From positions 1 through 64,000 of the forward strand of contig JAHBMJ010000112.1 of the NCBI GenBank assembly GCA_018398765.1: 64,000 nt of DNA. Reading direction: 5' to 3'. This document shows positions 1 to 12,620 of this stretch, in pieces. This stretch comes from Chromera velia. Lineage: Eukaryota. Each line of letters starts with the position of its first letter. Position 1 is the first letter of the stretch. Position numbers and translations under genes: made by a program. Below the pieces are notes generated by a model that saw only the letters and a program-made list of their open reading frames with translations, ran no database searches and was not told where the DNA came from.

Positions 1-132
1 ACGGTGGGTCCTTTATTTCATACACGTAATTAATTGGTCTGGGTGCACGGTGGGTCCTTTATTTCATACATGTAATTAATTGGTCTGGGTGCACGGTGGG
101 TCCTTTATTTCATACACGTAATTAATTGGTCT
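1..132. repeat. 46-bp tandem repeat, about 3 copies (may extend left of the window)
   Basis: Unit ACGGTGGGTCCTTTATTTCATACA(C/T)GTAATTAATTGGTCTGGGTGC starts at 1, 47 and 93. Confidence 0.95.
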
Positions 133-710
133 GACAGTCATTCAGTCAGTCTGTCGGTCTGCATGTCCGTGTGGCTCTCAGTCCTGGAGTTTGTAGGCCG
201 AAAGTGAAGTTGTAGAGTTGAACCTCAGGGATGGACATGATGTTGTGCGGTGGTAATCGTTTCTGCGGTTGGTTCGGTTCGATGGGATTTGGGGATGGCT
301 TGCCAGGTCCTGTCCGTCCTTTCCTCTTCCCTCCATCCCTTCCTTGAACGACAAAGGAATTGAGAATGGAAGCGAGTGAAAGGGAAGAGACGGCAATCCA
401 CTTGAGTAAAGGCACAGCGAAGGAGTTCTGGACGGGAAAGGAAGGAGGGAAGTGGACATCATCGGGAGAGAGTTTTGGACAGAGGAGTGACAAGCCAATA
501 CAGAGTAGGGGAACCAGGAAAGAAAGAACAACAGAGGAGGTTGCCGTCCCTTTTCCTTTTGCATTTTGTTGTCGTTGATCGACTCATCTGGTCCATGTGT
601 TTGTCCGTGCTTGATGGCCAACTCTCTTGCCCAGGTACCTCCATTCATGTCTGTCCGCTGCCCCCTTCTGCTCCCTGCCTGTCTGCCTCTCTGTCTGCAA
701 AATAAAGCAG

Positions 711-1938
711 ATCTCGAGAGGATCAGTGCAGCCATTGGAACTGGGAGGACGGCGGAGCAGGTCAGTCAAGTCTGTCTGTTTGTTTGTGTCTCAAGTCTGT
801 CTGTTTGTTTGTGTCTATCATTCTGTCCGCCGGACAGTTGGAAGAAGGAATGTACTTTCGAAGTACACCGAGAGACTCCGTGACGATGTGCAGGTTTGCG
901 TGCGTAGAATCAGGCTGTGGATCTTTGAGGGAGTCCGTACAGCGTTCCGTGGCTGCATGGGTGTCCTTCCTTCTCTCTGCGTCTGATTCGTTCTCCATCT
1001 CTCTCTGGCTGTTTGTCTGCCCATCCCTTTCTCTCTGATGCCAGTGCCCTTCTCGTTTTCCTTCCCTCCGGTTCTCCCCGACTTAATTTTCTCTCTCGTC
1101 CTTCCCTTCTTTTCTGTTCTCTTCAGGTCCGGGTCTTCATGCAGAGAGAGGCTCAACGGGTTCACGCTAGAGGTCCGTCCGTTCTCTCTCTTGCCTGCCG
1201 TCAATCTGAATTAATTGGGGGGGTGACGAGTGAGCGAAGGATTTAGAAACCTGAGAAATGAAGAGACCAAGCAGAGAGCTGTTTCCAAAACCATTTTTGC
1301 TCAAATCAGAATTGCAGCCAGGGAGGGATAGTCAGAAGACGAAACGGAGCGTCTGTGTGTGTCTGTGTGTGCGCGCGGATTCATTCACCCTTTCAAACTG
1401 TTTTCGAAATTTACTGGTGTGTGCGTCTATGTGTCTGTCTGTGTCGTACCTCTGTTGACTGCATGGGCTTGCAGGAATTCCTTTCTCCATCAGCGGCATC
1501 ACTCTGCCCCCCCCCCCTCCGGCGCCAGTTGCGGCGCCTCCTCCTCCCTCGGCACCAGGGGTTGCACGTGCAGGCCCCCCTCCTCTCGCCGCCGCACAGG
1601 TACAGGCACGACCTCCCTCCGCTGCAGCGGCGCCATCCATGCGCTCCCCTCCGGCTCCCCCAACGCTCCAGCCGAAGCACTTTCAGTTCCGTCCTCCTCC
1701 CGGGTCACTGATCCCCGCACCCGCTCCGACGGGTCAGCAGGTTTCTTCATCTTTTCAGGGAACGATGCTCGCACCGAAAGCTTCCGCCCCTCCGGGCTCT
1801 CCTTCTCCACGACCAGTCGGGTCACCGACAGGTAGTGTCTTGGCTGCACAGCAAAACACAGTGCCAGTGGGAGGACCCAAAAACGCGGGGCCACCGGCAG
1901 TAGCGAAAGCCTCGCCGCCCCCGCCGCCAAAAGGCTAG
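711..1938 (+). CDS. 3' part of a spliced gene, unknown protein with proline-rich C-terminus (5' end not resolved)
   Basis: Phase-consistent GT-AG exons 711-760, 838-893, 1127-1172, 1475-1938 give ...VGRRNVLSKYTERLRDDVQVRVFMQREAQRVHARGIPFSISGITLPPPPPAPVAAPPPP...SPPPPPKG*. An AT-rich stretch follows the TAG. Confidence 0.7.
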
Positions 1939-4058
1939 TCATGGACTTATTGCCCCGGGCAACCAATGAGTATTTTCTTGCTGGTTTTGTGTGAAAGCCA
2001 ACTTGTCTAGTAATTCAGTAATTGAAATAATTTACACTAGAATTTGCATAGAGATAGCATTAACAAAAAAAAGAAAAACAGGTTTTTAACTAGATTTTCA
2101 ACAGGCATTTTTTGAATAAAGGCCGACAACTTGAACAGTTACGCAACACTCGGAATCTATACATGCATTACTCTAAGCATTACTATAATTGATAGTAAAA
2201 CATACTAAAACAACATTTTTTTTAAAAGGATAAAAATACATGAAAAAAAAAGTTTTGGGCTTAGTAGACTAGCTAGTCTCCCGGCTAGTTATTGGGATTA
2301 GGATTTATGTGGGGAGAATTGGTCTCAAATCCCAATCTTGTGGGCCCAATATCGAACTTGAAGGTCCAACGAAGGGCTTTTAAATTAAGACCATGCTTTT
2401 CATGTGATACCACTGGTACAAAAAAGAATTCTAGAAAGAATTGTAAAATGATAAAAATTAGGATAAAAACTCATTAAAAAGGACAATTTATTAGGGAATC
2501 ATCATCATCATCATACACCATTATTAATCATTATTATTATTATTAATCGGTCTATAGGCCATCATGCAGTGCATGAGTCTAGGACAATGCTTTATTGCCC
2601 CTTTGCCAGACCTGTATCATACATCGTCGTCTGCCTAGACAAGTGGCCTAGCGTTTGGGGCTTCCAACGTTCGGCAAGAGACAAGCTTGGCAGCCCTCCC
2701 CAAAAGGAGAAAACACACGCAAAAAATACGATGAATGACCCCCAAAGGCTCAAAAGGGGCTTGTCCTGAATTATGAGAAAAGGTCGGCTTTAAACGCTGG
2801 TCTGTAGCATTAAAAGATGGCCGGGGGAAGCCAAGCTACCCGCCTTCTTCCTAGCCTTTTTCAATCCCATCTCTCTCTTTTTCTCTTTTTCTTTATTTTC
2901 TTTACTTTTCCCCGACTGGTGTTTGTATACTGGGAAACTCATGCCATTATAGTCGTCCGGAAGTGCTCCATGGCGTATGTATACGTATGACTTACCGTCC
3001 TGACCCAGGTGGAAAACCCCTATCGAGTCATGCCCCCAGATTTTCGCCGTCTCCTCCGATTTTCTTCTTCTACACAGCATTGCCTTTTCAAAAACTGGCT
3101 GCAGCCATGAGTGCGGCTTGTCTGGTCAATATTGAAAGAAGGGGAAAACCTGAAGGGTAGCATCTACCCCCAGGCATGCAGAGTCACGGGCATAGCCATA
3201 TTTGCCATGGTTCTGGATCTATGTGGGATAGAAAGCCCAGCTCGCAGGCGTCTCCTTAGTCAGTTGAAGTTCCGAGGTCGTTATGGGTGTTTTGCTTCCT
3301 CTGCTTGCTCTGTGGTTGTCTTTTTGGAGCATCCGCTGCTTGTTCCGGAGTGAGGAGACACCTGGCGACTCCGGGTACCTCAACTGCGTCAAGAGACTGG
3401 GGGAACAAGAAGTTCGCAAAGCCGTCTCCAACTGTTACGGAATTATATTTATAATTCTGAAATGCGCTAATAGGAACTGTAAAAGGGAACAAAAAGAGGC
3501 TTTAAGAAGGGAAATGTTGTAAAAGCCTTGAGAATTTTTTCTAGAATTTTTAAATCGAGACTAAACAGAAACAAAAAAAAAAAAATAAGAAAAAAAATTA
3601 TTTCTCTTTTTCATACTTTTTAGAATAAGCAAAGTTTATTAGATATCGTTTGACATCTTTTAATTACATTGCAAGCAATGCAAAGCCATTGCACGCCTCA
3701 ATACTAGCCTTAATATACGCGAGAGTAGAAAAGCTAAGGGCCTGAACGGCGGTGAACTCGCTTAAAAACAACAGTGACGGTCAATTCCCCGTCGCATCAC
3801 GCCAAATACCCACTATAAATTCATGGTCTGCTTCATGAAGATTTTTAATCAAGTCACATTTGCTAATATTTGCTAGCACATTTGTACCTTTCACTCCTGT
3901 TTAGAATACTACGACTCCACAGGGATAACCATTACCTGTTGCACCTGTGCAAGCAAGCTGGTTGCTAGGCTGGTTGGAGAAAGTGGCTTTACCTGAATGG
4001 ACAGCTGCGCCCGTAAGTACATGCGGATGCACCTATCGATTAATTGAATTACTAAACC

Positions 4059-5293
4059 TCACGTCGTCCGAAATTTGACAGCGCCACTGTCGTCCACTCG
4101 AATCTTTTCCTCGGCCCACTTATCCGTCGCTTGCTCAGCCAGCCGCCACCCTCGTGGGTTGATGTTGTCGGGATCCTTCAATACATCCTCAAAATATCTG
4201 CATGGTCGGAGGGGGGTGGTGGCGCGGTGCTGTAAAGTGATTCTGAGGATTAGCCTCTTTCTCCTCACACTGCCCTTCCCAGTCTCTCGAAATCTCTTTC
4301 TCCTCCGCCTCTTTCCCTAGCTCTTTTCTTCAGATTTCGTCCCACATTTTCTCTATGCGCGTCTGCCTTTTCTTCACACAATAACAGTCAGTCGCCAACT
4401 CACTTGCTCGGGGATATTATAAATAAAAACATCGCGGTTGGAAGTGAGGAGGGAGAGATGACAAAGGCAAAAGAGAGAAGGAAGTCCCACAATATATTTT
4501 TATTGCCCATCCCATGTGACCTCACACACCTCGCCTAGCTCTGCCTGATGCACGCAACAAACAAACACCTGACTGACTTCTGTTCCCTCTTGCACCTTGC
4601 CAGAAGGTCTTGAATGACTTTCACTTTGCTGCTTCTGAAAGTCAAAGCACGTTCCAGTCTCATTGCGCTCAACCTGCATGAGTAAACAGAAGAGAAGAAG
4701 AACTTAAGAAACGGAAAGTGAAAGACGACACGAAGAGATACAAGGGAACATCGACAAAAAGGGAGATAGAATGCGACAAAGGGGAAAATGCGAGGGAAAG
4801 AGCGGCAGAAAGAAAGAGATCCAAGGAACGAAGACCAAGAGGGTACATGAAATGAGAAAGTGGGTCAAAACTTTCCTCTGCAGCAACCTATCCCCCTATT
4901 TCTTCCGGCTCTCCTTGCTCACCTCTTCCCTGCCTCTTTCAACCTGGCAATTTGTTCCTTGTCCTCCTTGGAGGGCGTCAGTCTGTCCACGTGCCACTTA
5001 CAGGCAGCCTGCAGACAGAAACGGAAATTCAACTCCCTCACTCCTCTCATTGCCCTCCCCTCCGAAAAGAAACTCCTCTCTATGGAATCAAAAGAAAAGA
5101 AACGACACAGAAAAAAAAGAAGCGGCGGCTTCAGGGATGCCCAAAAGCGTGTCGCCGCCAGTTTAAATAAATATCAAGGACCAATCTACATCATGCCGTA
5201 CGCCCACCCAAAACCAAATAAGCAAGGAGGTACACACACCCAAATTCAAGTAGAACCAATAAAGAGGACGTGCGCTCACCTCTGAGTGTGTGA

Positions 5294-5381
<88 letters not shown>

Positions 5382-6874
5382 GCGCAAACCCTTGTCACAA
5401 GCTGACCTCAAGACACCTCCATGTCGCCAATTCCGTGTCTGCCCCCAGGTTCGCGAACACCTTCCCAAAATAAGGCACCGGCTCAGATGACCGTCGTTTA
5501 TCTAGAATTACACGCATCTGCAGAGCGAGAAGAAGTTGTTGTGCATTGAAACGCGTTGTGCTCGCTCCTGTCACCGGCGACAACGCTCAAATTTGAGATC
5601 TTCTCTCTTCCAAGCTCAGCTCCATGGTTATTTGCACTGGTGGGGGGGAACAAATAGCCTGGTTGTAATTCCCTGCACGGGTGGGTCTGTGAAAGAGGGC
5701 ACAAAAAGGATCTGGGAGAGAGAAAAGAAAACCAGCCAGACAGACACGCAGGCATAGACAGACAGATTTACCTCTTGAGTGGATGGCGCCAAAAGCATGC
5801 GGAGGGCATCCGTGGTCTCCGTCAAGTTTGGCGCCTTTGCCTCCGGAAAGATTTCCATTTTGTCGAGCCCAGCCTCCCTCAAGCCTTCTGAGAGGAGCAA
5901 AGGGAAAGAACTCTAATGAGAGAAGAAAAGAAAAGGGAAGAAAGGTTGTGATAGAAACGCGAAAAGCAGAAAGGTGCTGCCACTGCTACTAACCTCCGCA
6001 ACCGTGGCGACTCGTCAGGATGCAAACACTCGGTGACTGTCTGATGAACGGAGAACGAAGAAACAGCGGAGAAGCATCCATCCCACTGTACTTACTTCCC
6101 CTAAAGGTCTCTCTCTCTACTCCCTCTTCCCAAAGGTGCTTATAAACAATGTTTGTGAAATGAGGATACCTACCTACCTGCTTCTGAGATGATAGTGAAA
6201 ACACCAGGCAGAACCCTTTCCCTCTCATCAAGAATTCCTGATTCCTCGAGGAACTCGGTGATATTCAACCTCGCGCTGTCGATAACGTTGTTCGGCTCTG
6301 CGTACCTGCAGGATGAACGAAGAGCAACACACACACGAGTCATCGAGAGACCAGGGAAGATAGAGATAAATCACACTCACCGTTTGTCTCTCGACAGCGA
6401 CAAGCAAATTGCAAAGTAGAAGACAAGATGCCCTCGTGTCCCTCTTCCTTCCACACGAGAAAGAAAGCAAGCGAGCCAAGTCAAGACGCCAAAAAGCACT
6501 TATCTGAGCCAGGCACGTAGTCTGTCAGGGCACGACGAGGGACTGGACTTCCCTTCGCCTTTCTACAGTCGTTGGGGACTGGACTGGATTGGCCTGCCGA
6601 CGAGCCTTCTTTCTCTTCGTTCCCACCTACAGAAAAAGAGTTGCAGCTTTCTCATTCGTGCTCTCCATCTCTCCTTCAAAGAAACGCACGCAACAATGTA
6701 GTTACTCACCCATGAAAAATGAGAAGCTCATCGTTATCCAACGGCCTTCCAAACAGATTGGCGAACACCTGCTCGCCTGCCCTGTAGGGTTTGTCGACTG
6801 AAAGCACCAACCGGTCCTTCTTCTGCATGCGCATCAATGATCAGTCACTTACGCATTCATCACACACACGCACA

Positions 6875-6937
<63 letters not shown>

Positions 6938-7708
6938 ACAGAAGCACACAGATGGACGAACACAAACAAATAGCAGTTTGAAATAAGAAATACTAGGTGA
7001 ATTGGGATTTCAGCCACGAACGAAGAAAAAAGGACCTGAAAGGAAACAAAAGTTGAGAAAAAAACGCATGAGAGAAAAAAGGGAACACATCTTTTGAGGC
7101 AAAGGGAGACGGTGTAGCAAGTCGGCTCAACCCGTCTATCTGACCTGCCACCCCGATATGACTCCAAGTCATCGACTCACTTAAAAAAACTCGCTTCGCA
7201 CACATCGTTACACAACGAGATGTCTGCGTGTCTACTTTTCCTCACTACGCCCACACCCACCCACCCACCCACCCACGAACCGTGTCAAGTTCCACCTTGG
7301 TCTCTGCCAGGTTCAGGTGGTTCACCGAGTCAAGGAAGGGGGCCAGGACCAGATCTGGGTCCTCCACGAAATTGCGGTCCGGCCTCACTAGAGGATTTAG
7401 CTCGGACGTCAGGAGAGGAAGCAAGAGCGTAAACCGAGCTGCAGACGGAATCAGACCAACGCCCAGACGCAGGCATACATACATAGGTGATCATACTTGC
7501 GAGATGCAGGTACCTGTGCACGTACGTAAAGACTCTCGATCACCCTCTCACCCCCCAGAGCGCCCTCTCACACCCACCAATCAGAAGGGGGGGCAGGGCA
7601 GAAGTCAGCCAGCCCGATGTCACAACACGAAGTAGACATGACTTCGTGGAGAAAGAGAGGGAGAGGCCGAGAGAGAAATGCATGCGCCCAAAACGCGTGT
7701 GTATGCAT

Positions 7709-7740
<32 letters not shown>

Positions 7741-10134
7741 GCATTCACAAACCCCAGCCCCCCCCTCTCCCCCCCCCCACACACACACCAAGAGGGATAG
7801 ATAGATAGATAGACAGATAGATAGATAGAGAGAAGAAAGAGATGGAGACAGAGACACAGAGAGACATGGAGAGCCGCCCACACCCTCCCGTCGCTGACGC
7901 ACAGAGATTAAGGATTGCATCATCCTCGTAGGGCAGCTTGAAGATGTCGGGATTGATGTATGTGAATAGGCCAAACAGCGCGAACAGAACCGAGAAAGCC
8001 AGACTACCGATAAACAGAGAGCGACCCAAAACCTGCACAGACGGAAAGAGGATTGAAAAGGCAAAAGCGCTTCAATGAGATGAATAGGACTAGATCGCGA
8101 AGCCTGAAAACAGATCAGAAATCTTCTTGCGCATTCTACATTTTTTTCTTTTTTCTTGCATCCGGTTTCCGGAAGGTCCCTGAGAGCCATGCAACCACGG
8201 GGCTTTCTTTGTCTTTCCAACGAAGACTTGCCTCGTCCTTCCAGTGTTTTTGCCTTTCTGACTGTCTGACTGTCTGTCTGTCTGTGAGTGAGTGAGTGAG
8301 TGAGTGAGGCGCGCCTACAGACATGGAGAAGAGAAAGAAAGACAGACTGAAGGGAGGTTCCCTCAGACATGGAGAAGAGAAAGAAAGACAGACTGAAGGG
8401 AGGTTCGCTCAAACATGGAGAAGAGAAAGAAAGACAGACTGAAGGGAGGTTCCCTCAAACATGGAGAAGAGAAAGAAAGACAGACTGACGGGAGGTTCCC
8501 TCAAACATGGAGAAGAGAAAGAAAGACAGACTGAAGGGAGGTTCCCTCAAACTGTCGGACTTCTTCCCTCCGGTTCTCTCTCAGTCGGACTTTTTGCTGT
8601 GTCAGCACGGGAATCATCCCACAGATGGACACACCGAAGTCGCATCTCTTCAAACCTCCCATGCGTGACAAGCACAAACGAACGAGAAGAAGAGAAGAAA
8701 AGAGAAGAGAAGAGAAGATGGACGCTCTCACCGGAGTGAAGTCTCCCCGAATCGCGCGGCTCTTCACGATCTCCAGAGCCCACTCAAACTCCTCGAAGGA
8801 AACCTCAAGAGCGAAGGAAGGAAACTTCCTGCACCCACCCGTCACAATGAATGAATGAATGAAACAAAGAAAGAAGAGCACCCACCCATCACAATGAATG
8901 AATGAATGAAACAAAGAAAGAAGAGCAGTCACCCATCAATCACAATGAATGAATGAATGAATGAATGAATGAATGAATGAATGAATGAATGAAACAAAGC
9001 AAGAAGAGCACCCACCCACCCATCACAATGAATGAAGGAAACAAAGAAAGAAGAGAACAAAAAAAAGGGTGAGCAAAGACGTGAGACGGCTTTTGAATGC
9101 TTCCGCAAAGACGTGAGACGGCTTTTGAATGCTTCAGCAGAAAGTCACAGAAAGAACATGACAGAGGATCGTAGCGATGTACACAATCTATCTAGACTGC
9201 ACGCCTGTGCCATCATCACAAGGCGGAGAAAAGGTGCGAAGACAGAGAGAGATACACGGTGCTTTCATCGGCGTGTCTTAGGCGAAAGAGGCACGTCCCC
9301 TTTGGCTGCTTCTCGAGGGAATGACCTTGCACCATGCTGCCGGTAGCTTCCGTCTACCTTCTTCACCTTCCTGTGTCTGACTGACCGTTTAAGGTCGTCG
9401 TAGGCCTCCATTCTCGACTCTTTGAGGATGCCGAGATACTCTCTGATTGGAGGATACCTCAGAAAGTTGAGTTCCTCGTCCGTCCAGTGTACGGCAGTGT
9501 TCATGGACTCCACTGGAGGCACAAAATCGAGGTACGGCTGCACACGGGAGCCCTGACCGTATAGACTTTTCTTCTTCACCTCCCATAGAAAGAGAAGGGC
9601 CAGCTGATCAATACGAAGCAGCTCCTTCCATGCAGCACTGTCTTTGATCCATCGGGACGCAACATCTTTCGGGCACTCCACCTTCCTCCCCAGAGCAGCA
9701 ATACAGCGAGACCTGGGAACTTCAATGATCTTGTCACCTGGAACGAGGGCAGTCGTGGTCTTCAGACCTCTCTTCAAAGGCACCTCCTGAACGAGAACGC
9801 TCTTATCCTCACCAGCATCCAGAAAAATTGCGTGCTTGAGGTTCGACGCCTCAATAGGCCCCCCCCCCGACCATTCCTGCTTCAACAGAGCCCAGGACTC
9901 AAAGTCTCTGATGATCTTCGCCTCGCTCCGTGCTTCCAACTTACCCACTCCAACATTGCTTGGAGCCTGCGCCGTCTCCGCGGTGAGTGTCCCACCATGT
10001 CTCCCGTCTCTGCGATTGAGGACTTTTCGAGCCACGGTACCCACTCGTCTGCCAGGCAGAAATGCAGAGACTGGAGAGACACCCAATCCGGGAAGCAGCA
10101 CCAACAAGGGCGCAAGAAAGGAGAGCTGCACCAT
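4059..10134 (-). CDS. Plastid-targeted SET-domain protein, Rubisco LSMT-like (11 exons)
   Basis: Exons 10134-9386, 8828-8732, 8032-7903, 7438-7281, 6822-6710, 6305-6205, 5887-5772, 5517-5407, 5008-4923, 4673-4578, 4197-4059 splice in frame. LSMT-type motifs: RGLKTT, PYLDFVP..HWTDEEL, FEWALEIVKSRA, LAPFLDSVNH, GEQVF...NDELLIFHGY..PNN..D, LALTFR-like C-terminal RLERALTFRSSK. N-terminus is a signal peptide plus VSA-F and a basic transit peptide. Confidence 0.88.
8321..8551. repeat. Intronic 46-bp tandem repeat, 5 copies
   Basis: ACATGGAGAAGAGAAAGAAAGACAGACTGAAGGGAGGTTCCCTCA(G/A) at 8321, 8367, 8413, 8459, 8505. Confidence 0.95.
8832..9057. repeat. Intronic imperfect minisatellite built on (AATG)n, about 4 copies
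   Basis: Recurring CACCCA..CACAATGAATGAATGAA..ACAAAGAAAGAAGAG units. Confidence 0.8.
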
Positions 10135-10354
10135 CGCAGCAGGCCCTCTGTTGCAAACAGTTAGACACAGAAACCAAGAACGAACGGTGAAGGGAAAAGT
10201 CGTGGCGCGTTGGCTCACTAGAGTCAACTAGGGGAAGCAACCGGTCTCGGTTGGACGATGACTGTTCTCTCTGGAGCTCTGCTTGAAGCTAGGTGGCTCG
10301 AGGTTACCCCATTTAAAGGCCCCCATTAATTCTTGGAGTGCATGTCTCTGACAT

Positions 10355-10442
10355 GGCCCCGGAAAGCGTAGCGTGGGGCATGCATGCATGCTTTGCGCGC
10401 TTTTTCGGGCCCGAAAATCATGCAGCGCGACTTTCCGGGGCC
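10355..10442. promoter_or_regulatory. Putative promoter module upstream of the SET gene: inverted pair of CCCCGGAAAG plus TGCATGCA
   Basis: GGCCCCGGAAAGCG (10355-10368), TGCATGCA (10381-10388), CGACTTTCCGGGGCC (10428-10442); the same words lie upstream of EEF2. Confidence 0.5.
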
Positions 10443-10533
10443 CTCGCGCGTCTCCTCGAGATCGCGCGTGTGTGTGTGGGTGGGTGGGTGGATGTGTGGG
10501 GGTGTGTATGTGTGGGTGTGGGGGTGTGTATCT

Positions 10534-10572
<39 letters not shown>

Positions 10573-10594
10573 TGCGCGTCTCCCTCTCTCTCTT

Positions 10595-10625
<31 letters not shown>

Positions 10626-10626
10626 A

Positions 10627-10658
<32 letters not shown>

Positions 10659-10790
10659 TGTGTGTGTATGTGTGTGTGTGTGTCTATGAAGGTGTAAATA
10701 AAACGATATTTTTTGGTTGATTTATGAATTAATATTGATTAAAAACTTTTTATTCCAAAAATTGTGGGTTATTGTGGGTAATGCACTGAT

Positions 10791-11397
10791 AAAGGCAGTC
10801 AGGCAGGCAGAACAAGCGAATTGTGCAAGGCAGGCAGGCAGGCAGAACGAGCGAATTGTGCAAGGCAGACAGGCAGGCAGAACGAGCGAATTGTGCAAGG
10901 CAGTGAGGCAGGCAGAACAAACGAATTGTGCAAGGCAGTGAGGCAGGCAGAACGAGCGAATTGTGCAAGGCAGTCAGGCAGGCAGAATGAGCGAATTGTG
11001 TAAGGCAGTCAGGCAGGCAGAACGAGCGAATTATGCAAGGCAGTGAGGCAGACAGAACAAACGAATTGTGCAAGGCAGTCAGGCAGGCAGAATGAGTGAA
11101 TTGTGCAAAGCAGTCAGGCAGGCAGAACAAGTGAATTGTGTAAGGCAGTGAGGCAGGCAGAACGAGCGAATTATGCAAGGCAGTGAGACAGGCAGAACGA
11201 GCGAATTATGCAAGGCAGTGAGGCAGACAGAACAAACGAATTGTGCAAGGCAGTCAGGCAGGCAGAACGAGCGAATTATACAAGGCAGTCAGGCAGGCAG
11301 AACAAGTGAATTGTGCAAGGCAGTGAGACAGGCAGAACGAGCGAATTGTGCAAGGCAGTGAGGCAGGCAGAACGAGCGAATTATGCAAGGCAGTGAG
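10791..11397. repeat. 35-bp minisatellite, about 17 copies
   Basis: Unit AAGGCAGT(C/G)AGGCAGGCAGAAC(G/A)AGCGAATT(G/A)TGC repeated head-to-tail with no unique spacers, so not a CRISPR array. Confidence 0.95.
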
Positions 11398-11499
11398 GAG
11401 TGGATGGAGTGAGTGAATGGAGTGAATGGCTCGAGTGGATGAAGTGAATGGAGTGAGTGAGTTGCTTTGATAACCCAGTGTGCTCTGGGGAAGGGATAA

Positions 11500-12213
11500 T
11501 CACAAGGGCTGACTGACTTTCTTCTTCGGGTCAAAAGGATCTGTCTGGTAAAAAGATGAGAGAGTGCGGAATTGCAGACCCTTCACCACCCCTGAGCCCG
11601 TGACGACTACCTTGCTGGCACCCTCTGGCCTCGCAAGCGACAAAAGTTCGAGGTTGAAAGAACGGAAAGTTGGCCCTCTCTCCACTTTCCCCTCCTTATT
11701 CTTCCCATCTTTGTTCTTCATTACCTCCACAGGTCGTTCTTCGCCCCCATTCGTGGCAAAGAAAACGGCGTCTTCAAATATCTCCCACACCTTTCCGTCG
11801 GAAAAGATTTCTCTCCTCTCGGCATGGTAGACTTCAGAAGACAGCGCCGCCTTCTGTTTAATAGCGCACTTCCAACGTGGATGCACGGCATCTGTAAAGA
11901 ACCTAAACCCGCCGTAACTGAAAAACTTATCTCTCTCTTCTTCATCTTGAGGCCATTCTCCCCCGTTTCCAAACTGGTCTTGCAAAATGCCTAGATCTGC
12001 CTTGTCGAAAGTTACAATAAGAAAGGCCAACGCTGCATCGATCTTCGACACCCCTGGGGTGTTGGGGACATTTGGATCCACCTTCTGCAAAGCGAACTGC
12101 ATCCACTGCATCATAAAAATCCTCCATTTCTCTTGATCTTTACCCCCGCGGTTCTCTTCTTCTGACGGCTCAGCAGCTTGTGATTTTTCGAATTGAAACT
12201 CCGTATCCATCAT
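11500..12213 (-). CDS. Hypothetical protein (about 237-aa ORF or first exon)
   Basis: Open frame from ATG-ATG at 12213 (MMDTEFQFEK...) with globular-looking composition. A GTCAGT donor follows ...DPKKK at about 11517, with a possible short last exon at 10785-10750. No family recognised. Confidence 0.6.
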   Translation of the reverse strand: MMDTEFQFEKSQAAEPSEEENRGGKDQEKWRIFMMQWMQFALQKVDPNVPNTPGVSKIDAALAFLIVTFDKADLGILQDQFGNGGEWPQDEEERDKFFSYGGFRFFTDAVHPRWKCAIKQKAALSSEVYHAERREIFSDGKVWEIFEDAVFFATNGGEERPVEVMKNKDGKNKEGKVERGPTFRSFNLELLSLARPEGASKVVVTGSGVVKGLQFRTLSSFYQTDPFDPKKKVSQPL

Positions 12214-12620
12214 AGTGGAGGTGCCAAACGCGAAGCCAAACGCTTTCAACAATCGATCAAAACTTGATCAAGAAATGGATGTGCCCGAAATGGACGGTCA
12301 ATTGAAATATGAGAAGGCTCGAAACGGACCGTCAATTGAAATATGAGAAGATCGAATTAAGCCTGACTAAGTACATATGTCTTACATATATGTATGACAT
12401 GATATCCAAACTACGTATACAGATTGATATGATGTCTTGATTGGCTCAGACATCCTTCAACTTTTATTTGGACATAATCATGTCAGACAGACTGTACAGA
12501 TGTCGCGACCGCAAATACTGCATGTTATCAAAAGGTTGACATGGCGTCACAATTTTTGCTCGACAGCATGTGCGTACTGCCGACATCATGTAGATGTACC
12601 TGTAACATTAACCAGCATGA

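Noticed and set aside
2560..3530. Decayed gene or TE fragment between the first two genes
   Set aside because: Coding-like composition but only short broken frames and no motif I can name.
7181..7223. Extra SET-gene exon (TSRCVTMCAKRVFL)
   Set aside because: Its phase breaks the frame. Direct splicing from 7281 to 6822 restores the SET motif spacing.
10791..11397. CRISPR array (35-bp periodic repeat)
   Set aside because: Units are contiguous with no unique spacers, there are no cas genes and the context is eukaryotic. It is a minisatellite.
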